Source: Escherichia phage W22 | Strand: one strand, 5' to 3' | Sequence record: PV159336 | Length of the DNA stretch: 64,000 bases | Shown: positions 8,885 to 16,492 of the stretch, piece by piece | Layout of the letters: each line of letters begins with the position of its first letter | Numbering within the stretch: position 1 is the first letter of the stretch | Made by a program: the position numbers and the translations under genes | The notes under the pieces: model-generated | What the model was told of the DNA's origin: nothing | Seen by the model: only the letters and a program-made list of their open reading frames with translations | The model's database searches: none

Positions 8885-10000
8885 TTACTCTGCTGGTTCC
8901 CAAGTACCTGGAATCATCTTACGTACACGTACCCCAACAGGCTTGGTAGGAATACCTTCGTCTGAAAATTCTTCGTACTCAATTTCAACAAATTGACCAA
9001 TAAGTGTCAAAGCATTTTCTTCTTTACGATAGTTAATGGTTTCATCTGAATCCTTACGCATCAGGAATTCGACTACTTTACCATTTTCCATCTCGCCTGT
9101 CAATACCCCGTCACCATTTTTATCACGCTTTGCACTTACCACCTTAACTTCAAGCGTCTGCCGTGGTTTACGTTTAATAACATCATAAGAACGTTTATCA
9201 AACTCGTAAACACCTTGTGCATTACGATACACCACACCTTCCGCTTTCTCACGCAGAGCTTTTGCATAGAATTCATCAAACTGCTCTTGGTTTTCAATGT
9301 ACTCTGTATGTACTACACAAATAAGTTCGTCTAAACCTTTATCTTGAACAACTTCTTTTAGAGCAGCCAAAACTTCAACCCTCTTCTCAAATGGTACAGA
9401 TGGCACAGGAACATCATATACATAGTATTTAAGAAGCGGAGTGTTAGCATTATGCTTTTTCCACGCACTATTAATTTGTTGAAGGCTAAGAACACCCAAA
9501 CCAGCAAAAACTTCACCATCAAGAGGATGACCAACTACTTCTTTAATGAAGGTTGGAATTTCTTTCCAGTGAGGTGGAAGTTTATATACTTCCCCAGCTT
9601 TAGATAAGCATTCACCTTGCATGTTAATCATTGAACGTAGACCATTCAATTTATACTGTGCATAACCTGGGAACAAAACACGATCAGCATAATCTTTATA
9701 ATCCTGACATTTCATGGGTGTGGAAGGAACATGGTTTTCAGCTTCCTCTTTTGTTTTATAATACCCATTCTTAAGTTGCTTTGTCCATTTGGCAAGAGCT
9801 TCTATTTCAGCTTGTTCTTCTGCTGTTGTTTCATTTGAGCGACCAATATTTTTAGGTTCTGCTGTATAAGATTTGCTAGTAATCTTTCCACCTAATTGAC
9901 CATGAGCAACAGTTACAACACTACCTTCGGTATAGACTGACCACTGTTTAATTTTACCTGTAGAAGTTTTACCATACAATGTAGGATTAGTTTGTTTCAT
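8885..10000 (-). CDS. ATP-dependent DNA ligase
   Basis: Nucleotidyltransferase motifs KLNGLR (I), LDGEVF (III), EGVVYR (IV), VIKRK (V) plus C-terminal OB-like region; start trimmed to ATG 9998-10000 with GGAGG RBS. Confidence 0.65.
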   Translation of the reverse strand: MKQTNPTLYGKTSTGKIKQWSVYTEGSVVTVAHGQLGGKITSKSYTAEPKNIGRSNETTAEEQAEIEALAKWTKQLKNGYYKTKEEAENHVPSTPMKCQDYKDYADRVLFPGYAQYKLNGLRSMINMQGECLSKAGEVYKLPPHWKEIPTFIKEVVGHPLDGEVFAGLGVLSLQQINSAWKKHNANTPLLKYYVYDVPVPSVPFEKRVEVLAALKEVVQDKGLDELICVVHTEYIENQEQFDEFYAKALREKAEGVVYRNAQGVYEFDKRSYDVIKRKPRQTLEVKVVSAKRDKNGDGVLTGEMENGKVVEFLMRKDSDETINYRKEENALTLIGQFVEIEYEEFSDEGIPTKPVGVRVRKMIPGTWEPAE

Positions 10001-10190
10001 CTTTAACCTCCAGTTGCGAAAGAACCCATTTAGCCATTTCAATTTCACCGTGTAGTCTGCCTAGTTCATAGGCATCATCAATATTACCACCAGTGTAATC
10101 ATCCACCATAAAGTAAGGATCTTCACTACTGTTAGGTGCGTTTGCAATTCTCGTTAGTTCTTCAATAAATGTCATAGTTACCCTTACCAA
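9987..10190 (-). CDS. hypothetical protein (67 aa)
   Basis: ORF track. Confidence 0.35.
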   Translation of the reverse strand: MVRVTMTFIEELTRIANAPNSSEDPYFMVDDYTGGNIDDAYELGRLHGEIEMAKWVLSQLEVKDETN

Positions 10191-10408
10191 TTATACACAA
10201 GAGTTTGAATCTCTTCCATCAAGTCTTCAAGATCTGTATCAACGTATTCAGAAGATGTTGCCATAAAGTATGTAATCATTGTGAACCCTTCCGAAGAAAG
10301 GGCATCAAGGATATCATTAAACATATCTTCCATTTCAGTATTCTCACCAAATGAGAATAACATTTGTTGATCTTCGCTTACACCTTTAACATAGATAGCT
10401 GTACTCAT
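10184..10408 (-). CDS. hypothetical acidic protein (74 aa)
   Basis: ORF track. Confidence 0.35.
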   Translation of the reverse strand: MSTAIYVKGVSEDQQMLFSFGENTEMEDMFNDILDALSSEGFTMITYFMATSSEYVDTDLEDLMEEIQTLVYNW

Positions 10409-10411
10409 ATA

Positions 10412-10732
10412 TTAATCCTTAAGACGTTCATTTAAATCTGCAATAACATCACCTAAATCTTCACATTCCAGTGTTAACTCTGAAACTTGTCCACTCAAAT
10501 AACAAACTTCTTCATTTAAATCTGAAATAATGTTTTCTAATGAATCTACTTGGTCATCATATGAACGTTTTGTTTCTTCAAGTTCTTCTGTAAGATCATT
10601 AATCAAACGGAGCAAAGATAAGATATAGCCGTCTCCTGTCTCGTTCCTCCACTCACTTCCGTAGCGATAAATAATAATTTCACCATTATCGACTACTGTA
10701 AAATACTTACCTTCACCAGAATAAATTTCCAT
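10412..10732 (-). CDS. hypothetical protein (106 aa)
   Basis: ORF track; acidic C-terminal half. Confidence 0.4.
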   Translation of the reverse strand: MEIYSGEGKYFTVVDNGEIIIYRYGSEWRNETGDGYILSLLRLINDLTEELEETKRSYDDQVDSLENIISDLNEEVCYLSGQVSELTLECEDLGDVIADLNERLKD

Positions 10733-10741
10733 ACACTCTCC

Positions 10742-11146
10742 TTATTGTAGCTTAAGTGAACTGCGAAGACGTTTCTCTTGCTGATCACGAATATGTTGTG
10801 GAACCTCATGAATTGAGTCGTTACCGTGCCTATTTTCAACAACTAAAGAGATAACTTGATAACCAAACTCTTCAGCAAGAGTAAAATAAGGTTTAAGTTC
10901 TTTCTCTGTGGTTGAAGTGTTAGAGACAATAATCTTTTTAATATTAGATGCCATAGCATCACGAACAATACTCTGACACCATGCGTGTGCTTTACCTACA
11001 TTCTCTGGCTTCCAATCGTAAACACCACTTTCTGTGTAATGATATTGATCTGCCTCACAGATAGGCCAATAACCTTCAGAAATAATTTCTGCTACTGTAG
11101 ATTTACCTGCACCTGAAACACCACGTAAGATGATAAGTTGTTTCAT
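10742..11146 (-). CDS. P-loop kinase, candidate polynucleotide 5'-kinase
   Basis: 134 aa; Walker A GVSGAGKST at residues 9-17; directly abuts the ligase-like gene. Confidence 0.5.
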   Translation of the reverse strand: MKQLIILRGVSGAGKSTVAEIISEGYWPICEADQYHYTESGVYDWKPENVGKAHAWCQSIVRDAMASNIKKIIVSNTSTTEKELKPYFTLAEEFGYQVISLVVENRHGNDSIHEVPQHIRDQQEKRLRSSLKLQ

Positions 11147-12079
11147 TTAGCCTCCAAAGAAGTTTTCTATTTCTTTACGTCGCTCTTGTGGATCTAAAGC
11201 AGCCCATTGAGTCTTAGTAAAGTTGTTTCGAAGCCATTCTAGCAAAGTATAATATTCTTCGTCAACAATTTGTTTAGCATTTTTTGGGTTGTCCCAAATC
11301 ATATCCCACTTCTTATTGCCACCACGCATAAGGAATTTCTTAGCAAGATAGTATGGTGACTTAATCTTTAACAGCAAGTTAAACGGATAGTTTGTTTCAC
11401 GAACAACAAACCCTTCGTGCTTACAATGTTTAGACATTTCAACAACATCTGAAAATTTAATCATCGGATAAACTTCAGGACGTTTAAATTTTGTAATAGA
11501 TGCAATCCCATCAAGCACACCTTCGGGTAGCATGAAACTTGTCCCATCAGGATTTTGAATCCTTGCTCCAATTAAGTATGCGCCTGGTTCTTCTTCAACA
11601 ATATGTGGATCAGAAGGATCACAGATTTCAAAAAGGAAAGTTGCTTTTGCACTTTCTGTCCACTTAATGAAATATTCTATGTCATCACACTCGGAAACAA
11701 TATGGTTCTTGGCAAGAATTGCAAAATCTGACTCTAGGCTCCCTGTTGTTGATACAATAAGTTGCCCTTTGTACACACCTACAGATGCCATAAAACCGTT
11801 TACTTTACGGACAGCATCTACAAGCTGGTCTGCTGGAAGATCTGTACCATTCTCAAAACGATTAAAGATTTTAGTAAAAGGCCAAATAACAACATTGTCT
11901 TCTGAGTCAACAACCAACCCACGACAATCTAGAAGGCGTTTGTCTACGTCCCACAAGTTATCCCAGAATACATTGTTTTTGTATTTAAGTACAGCAAGAC
12001 CAGCATACTCTCCAGATTTAACTTCTTTTTTATGCACTAAACCTTTTGCAATCAGGTCATCACAATTGAACTTAGCCAC
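11147..12079 (-). CDS. putative ATP-dependent RNA ligase (nucleotidyltransferase superfamily)
   Basis: 310 aa; candidate motif I KVNG (lysine nucleotidyltransferase), EGFVVRE (IV), LKIKSP (V); flanked with 0-1 nt gaps by kinase and phosphoesterase. Confidence 0.5.
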   Translation of the reverse strand: MAKFNCDDLIAKGLVHKKEVKSGEYAGLAVLKYKNNVFWDNLWDVDKRLLDCRGLVVDSEDNVVIWPFTKIFNRFENGTDLPADQLVDAVRKVNGFMASVGVYKGQLIVSTTGSLESDFAILAKNHIVSECDDIEYFIKWTESAKATFLFEICDPSDPHIVEEEPGAYLIGARIQNPDGTSFMLPEGVLDGIASITKFKRPEVYPMIKFSDVVEMSKHCKHEGFVVRETNYPFNLLLKIKSPYYLAKKFLMRGGNKKWDMIWDNPKNAKQIVDEEYYTLLEWLRNNFTKTQWAALDPQERRKEIENFFGG

Positions 12080-12080
12080 C

Positions 12081-12632
12081 TTAATCTCCTTTGATTATCT
12101 TATGATGGTCTACAACAACAATATCACGTTTATCCATAATAGAGATGATTTCGTCAAAATGCAAGATTTTTCCGTGTGCGTCCCAACCAACATCCAACAT
12201 TTTCCCATACAAATGATCAGGGAATGATCCGTGAGAGTGCCCGTGTAGCATGATTGATCCATGCCCTTGTTTATTCCAGGCAGCCATAGGGTAATGACTT
12301 AAGACGAAGAACAGTTTCTGATATTTCACTTCGTCATAATACACAACCTCACCATATTCTGCAAGCACTTCTCGGTGTTTGCTGTAATCATGGTTCCCAA
12401 CACAGTAAGTGATATCACCTTGAAGACGTGAAGCAATTTTACGGGTATCTTCTTCAGTCCCGAAACAGAAGTCCCCAAGATGGTACATCTTTACTCCTGG
12501 TGTTGTGGCACATTTATTCCATGCCTCGATCAGTGCTTCTGTCATATGCTCCATATCTTCCCACGGGCGATATTCAGGAGCAAACTCTCGGATACGTTTG
12601 TGCATAAAATGCAAATCACTTGTAATAAACAT
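12081..12632 (-). CDS. calcineurin-like metallophosphoesterase, candidate 2',3'-phosphatase
   Basis: 183 aa; DLHF, GDF..G, GNHD, GHSH metallophosphatase signature motifs. Confidence 0.7.
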   Translation of the reverse strand: MFITSDLHFMHKRIREFAPEYRPWEDMEHMTEALIEAWNKCATTPGVKMYHLGDFCFGTEEDTRKIASRLQGDITYCVGNHDYSKHREVLAEYGEVVYYDEVKYQKLFFVLSHYPMAAWNKQGHGSIMLHGHSHGSFPDHLYGKMLDVGWDAHGKILHFDEIISIMDKRDIVVVDHHKIIKGD

Positions 12633-12994
12633 TAGTATAATCCCTCGCTGAATAGTTCACTGTCGTGACCATTTCTTTCATAGTTAATTTGTTTGGCGTT
12701 ATCTGCAATGATATAAGCATCTTTGCGACTCCACCAGTTATAATACTGATCAATAAACCCTTGATTATCAGGTAAGCAAAACAGTTTATCAATCAATCCT
12801 GCATCTTTTAAAACATTAAGTTGTGCAGATAGTACAGGATTTGCATGCCTAACACAAGGAATAATTAACTCTTCGCCATTGTTGAGAATATACTTATTCG
12901 CAGCGCAGACTATAACACGTTGAGCATAGTGATCCTCACCAATCCAAGTAAGAGGTTGGTAACAAATATCATGTTGATTAGTAGCGCACATCAA
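12632..12994 (-). CDS. hypothetical protein (120 aa)
   Basis: ORF track; overlaps phosphoesterase start by 1 nt. Confidence 0.4.
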   Translation of the reverse strand: MMCATNQHDICYQPLTWIGEDHYAQRVIVCAANKYILNNGEELIIPCVRHANPVLSAQLNVLKDAGLIDKLFCLPDNQGFIDQYYNWWSRKDAYIIADNAKQINYERNGHDSELFSEGLY

Positions 12995-13139
12995 TTTTCT
13001 CCGTACTCTTTTAATCTATCAGCGAAAAAACTGTAATCAGGAAGTAAAAGATCATTACTCGTATCGTTACAGTTTTCTTCCTCTTTATAGATAAAACGCC
13101 CTTCATCCTCTTCTTGCTCTGACCAAACTGAATAATGCA
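12990..13139 (-). CDS. small hypothetical acidic protein (49 aa)
   Basis: Manual ORF (MHYSVWSEQEEDEG...) not in track; stop overlaps the next start as ATGA. Confidence 0.3.
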
Positions 13140-13149
13140 TAATACCTAC

Positions 13150-13524
13150 TTAATAGTTAACACGTTTAATTTCAACACCATAGGATGAAATAAAATTTTC
13201 CTTAGCTAACATATATTTACCAGCAGCAGAAGGATTTGATGTATGAACATAGATAGTTTTAAGAGCATCCCATTCACCAGCGTACAACATACATTCTACG
13301 TCTAAGAACGCATGATATCCTTCTTGATCTTCCCCAAGATCATTATCGAAGTGTATCTCTGAGATATTATTGAAATTATCTTCATCTGAAACAAAAGATA
13401 ACCAATCCTCAAAAGATTTTAACCAAATGGCATCCTCATAACCATAATCTTTAGGATCTCTTAAATCGTCTAACCAAAGAATTTTAGCCACTATCAACCC
13501 CCTTCCTGTTTCTCTTCTTTCCAA
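13150..13524 (-). CDS. hypothetical protein (124 aa)
   Basis: ORF track. Confidence 0.4.
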   Translation of the reverse strand: MERRETGRGLIVAKILWLDDLRDPKDYGYEDAIWLKSFEDWLSFVSDEDNFNNISEIHFDNDLGEDQEGYHAFLDVECMLYAGEWDALKTIYVHTSNPSAAGKYMLAKENFISSYGVEIKRVNY

Positions 13525-13685
13525 GTTTTACCATTATCTACCAACTTCTTAGAAACAGCAAATCTTTCTCCATTGATATAAAACAAATAAAGAATAAAGG
13601 ATTTTCCTATAGTTACAGTATCTACTACTTCTACACGCTTCACACCTTGCATGTATTTGGCTTTACCTGAATAAATAAGGAACAT
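13494..13685 (-). CDS. hypothetical protein (63 aa)
   Basis: ORF track. Confidence 0.3.
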   Translation of the reverse strand: MFLIYSGKAKYMQGVKRVEVVDTVTIGKSFILYLFYINGERFAVSKKLVDNGKTWKEEKQEGG

Positions 13686-13963
13686 TACTTATTCCTTTTG
13701 TTGTTGATCACATCTAAAGCTGTGTAAGGTTTGTTTGTACCGCTGTATTCAAGAATAATTGATACATATTCATAGACCAACTCAAAAGTACCATACATAG
13801 AATCTGCAACTGAAATAAGCATTTCAGTGCCTTTGTCGTTCTTAATTAATGAAAATCTTGCCCCTGGTTTATTGAGCACTTCATATTTCTTACCTGCTGT
13901 CAGCAAACCTGAATACCATTCATTTTGCACAACAGACAAACACTTCAGATAAGTTTTTCTCAT
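13685..13963 (-). CDS. hypothetical protein (92 aa)
   Basis: ORF track. Confidence 0.4.
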   Translation of the reverse strand: MRKTYLKCLSVVQNEWYSGLLTAGKKYEVLNKPGARFSLIKNDKGTEMLISVADSMYGTFELVYEYVSIILEYSGTNKPYTALDVINNKRNK

Positions 13964-14301
13964 TTCTTTTTGCTCCTTCTTTTAGGTTTCTCGTATAAAC
14001 CTAACACAGCCGACTCTTTTGCGCAAATAGGAACTGACTTCATTCCTCGTTTTTTAGCTTCTGGTAGATTCAAAACCCACCAGCCAAACCAGTACAATTC
14101 ATCTTCTGTGAAAGGATCTGCCATAGGATCTGCATCACGTGCTTCAAATTTAGCAAGAGCTTCTTCTATCTTTTCTATTGGAGTATCAAAGACAAAAGCC
14201 TCTGTGTCAAATTTTTGTTTCTTAGGAGCGGCTTTTGCCGCCCCATCTTTAGATGCGCGCTTTGTTACGGATCGCTTCTTCGGTGTTTTCGCCATCAACA
14301 A
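13960..14301 (-). CDS. hypothetical lysine-rich protein, possibly nucleic-acid binding
   Basis: 113 aa; basic N- and C-termini (KKRSVTKRASK, KPKRRSKKK). Confidence 0.4.
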   Translation of the reverse strand: MLMAKTPKKRSVTKRASKDGAAKAAPKKQKFDTEAFVFDTPIEKIEEALAKFEARDADPMADPFTEDELYWFGWWVLNLPEAKKRGMKSVPICAKESAVLGLYEKPKRRSKKK

Positions 14302-14488
14302 CCTCCATGCGGTGTAAGAAATCTTGCTGGAATCGCCAATACTGTTGACCAGTCCTTACATCTTCGTAGATCACAACAGGATCAAATACTTTAGATACAC
14401 CCGCTGGTTTAGGAAAGCCAACTACACGATATAAACCGCCTTTGCTAATACAAGAATATGTTACATCAGTTAAAATTTCTTTTTTCAT
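14249..14488 (-). CDS. hypothetical protein (79 aa)
   Basis: ORF track; overlaps neighbour in another frame. Confidence 0.3.
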   Translation of the reverse strand: MKKEILTDVTYSCISKGGLYRVVGFPKPAGVSKVFDPVVIYEDVRTGQQYWRFQQDFLHRMEVVDGENTEEAIRNKARI

Positions 14489-14682
14489 TTCTTAATAAAC
14501 TCCAATACAGGTACGTGATCAGCAGTTAAAGTTACACAATTGTAACTTACCTTTTCAACTTCAGAGAATGCTTCAACCCATAGCAAGAAATTCTCTTTAG
14601 CTTCTTCATAATTCAATGTTGACTTAACAACATGGAACTCACCAAGGATTACTCTATAGATTGTTTGCATAGTTTGATTCAT
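14485..14682 (-). CDS. hypothetical protein (65 aa)
   Basis: ORF track. Confidence 0.35.
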   Translation of the reverse strand: MNQTMQTIYRVILGEFHVVKSTLNYEEAKENFLLWVEAFSEVEKVSYNCVTLTADHVPVLEFIKK

Positions 14683-14748
14683 TTATTTTTCCTTTGTTTA
14701 AAATGTGTTAAACAATCGCAAATGCTTGTGACGCACTTTGTGATCCCA

Positions 14749-15117
14749 CTAATTAACGTCAGCACTATGATTGTTGAGAGTATAGGATACTCCATCGCCC
14801 AAGTCAACATGAATCTCAACTCCTAACTGTCTTTCTAATGGTAAACGTTTTGAGAATTGATAATTACAAAGTTTACAGTCTAAGTCAAGCAACTCATGTT
14901 TGCTTAAACCTGCAACGATAACTTTGCTTCCCACTGTCCACTCAATACCTTCAAAGTTATCTCTTCTTTTCAAAATGTCAAGTAAGAAAATGATTTGTTG
15001 CCATTCCGTAGACAAGTCTTCTTCATAGAATGCAGAACAAAAAGTTTTATCATCGTAGAAAGCATACATTATGCCTCCATCTATTGTTTCACTTCTAACG
15101 TAACGTGTGACCCTCAT
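14749..15117 (-). CDS. hypothetical protein, first gene of the minus-strand early operon
   Basis: ORF track 14749..15156; ATG at 15115-15117 preceded by AGGAGGG RBS chosen as start. Confidence 0.45.
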   Translation of the reverse strand: MRVTRYVRSETIDGGIMYAFYDDKTFCSAFYEEDLSTEWQQIIFLLDILKRRDNFEGIEWTVGSKVIVAGLSKHELLDLDCKLCNYQFSKRLPLERQLGVEIHVDLGDGVSYTLNNHSADVN

Positions 15118-15248
15118 TATTCCCTCCTGTATGGCTCTGTAACGAGCTAATAGCACCTAAGATATGCAATCACCTTACCTCACAGTAAAACTCGTTACAA
15201 TCGTTTTTAGGAGGTTTAGGTTGTACTTAAAAATAATCTAAAAAGGTG

Positions 15249-15277
15249 TTGACAAACGCAAAAAAGTATGCTACCCT
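15249..15277 (+). promoter_or_regulatory. sigma70-like promoter (TTGACA, 17 nt spacer, TGn-TACCCT)
   Basis: Consensus -35 hexamer with extended -10-like element in the divergent control region. Confidence 0.35.
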
Positions 15278-15459
15278 AACCCCCGAAAAACGCCGAGCGC
15301 AGCGAGGGGGGTGTTATCTAATCTTGTGATACATGATCTAACAGACAACTGAGTAGTCTACATATAGCACTATGTTATGTCTATAATACTAACATACATG
15401 CTCTATACTAACAATAGATTATTTATTAATTTTATTATTAATTAAATAATAAATATCTA

Positions 15460-15488
15460 TTGACTTTAGATCTATCTGTATGTAGATT
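15460..15488 (+). promoter_or_regulatory. sigma70-like promoter upstream of the PRPP-synthetase-like gene
   Basis: TTGACT, 17 nt, TAGATT about 40 nt upstream of the 15528 start. Confidence 0.45.
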
Positions 15489-15527
15489 AGAGAACATAAA
15501 GTCCTAACTCAACTAAGGAGATAAAGA

Positions 15528-16421
15528 ATGAAAGTTAGTATTCTGCATGGTGTTGACTGTTATGTTACTGATGTAGACGTTAAAGTGTTTACATTCTCTG
15601 GTGGAGAACAACATGTTCAATTAGATACGAATCTATCAGGTTTCAATCATGCTACAGACAGAATCTTACTCACTTTAGAAGTAAGATCTGCTAAAGACTT
15701 GATGACTTTGGTTATGACTAAGAATGCATTGGACAATATGCTATATCATAAACCATATTGTGTTGATTTACTCATGTTGTATGTGCCGTATGCACGACAA
15801 GACAGAGTGTGTGAGCCTGGGGAAGCATTCGGAGTTAAAGCATTTGCTTCTATAATTAATTCATTAAATTTCTCACGTGTTATCGTTGCTGATCCACATA
15901 GTGATGTTACTCCAGCAGTGTTTGACAGACTCTGTGTAATACCTCAAGAAGAGATTGCTTACGAAACTTTAAAGTGGAAGTTACGTATGGAGAATTTTGC
16001 TCTTGTTAGCCCTGATGGTGGTGCTCTTAAGAAAATATTTAAATTATCTAAGAAAATGTCTTTAGATGTGTTCTGTGCAGAGAAGGTTAGAGATACCGCA
16101 ACAGGTGCTATTGTTCGTACAGACATTTCTGTACAGGATTTCAATAAGCGTAACCTGATGATCGTAGATGATATCTGTGATGGTGGTAGAACTTTTATCG
16201 AATTGGCTAAAGTGCTACGTGCTCGTAACGCAGGTAAGATTGAGCTATATGTTACACACGGTATCTTTTCTAAAGGTCTTAAAGAGTTGAGTGAGCACTT
16301 TGACTGCATTCATTCTCTTAATGTGTGGGAAGATAACATCCAAGAAGATTCCGGTGTTCTTGTTAAGAATCAGTCAGATTTGCAACAACAAATTGTATCT
16401 CCATACGTGTGGAATTTTTAA
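15528..16421 (+). CDS. prs: ribose-phosphate pyrophosphokinase (PRPP synthetase)-like; possibly ADP-ribose pyrophosphokinase of an NAD+ reconstitution pathway
   Basis: 297 aa; PRPP-binding loop LMIVDDICDGGRTF; AGGAG RBS. Confidence 0.7.
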   Translation: MKVSILHGVDCYVTDVDVKVFTFSGGEQHVQLDTNLSGFNHATDRILLTLEVRSAKDLMTLVMTKNALDNMLYHKPYCVDLLMLYVPYARQDRVCEPGEAFGVKAFASIINSLNFSRVIVADPHSDVTPAVFDRLCVIPQEEIAYETLKWKLRMENFALVSPDGGALKKIFKLSKKMSLDVFCAEKVRDTATGAIVRTDISVQDFNKRNLMIVDDICDGGRTFIELAKVLRARNAGKIELYVTHGIFSKGLKELSEHFDCIHSLNVWEDNIQEDSGVLVKNQSDLQQQIVSPYVWNF

Positions 16422-16431
16422 ATAACAAGTG

Positions 16432-16460
16432 TTGACAATAGGGAGTATGCTTAGTAAGAT
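16432..16460 (+). promoter_or_regulatory. sigma70-like promoter (TTGACA, 17 nt, TAAGAT)
   Basis: Sequence match upstream of the 16493 start. Confidence 0.45.
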
Positions 16461-16492
16461 ACTCCCACACTAACAAACAAGGAGACATAACT

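Noticed and set aside
8634-8996. 120-aa plus-strand ORF bridging the MazG-like and ligase genes
   Set aside because: Opposite strand to the whole early block and overlaps two supported minus-strand genes; no promoter or RBS
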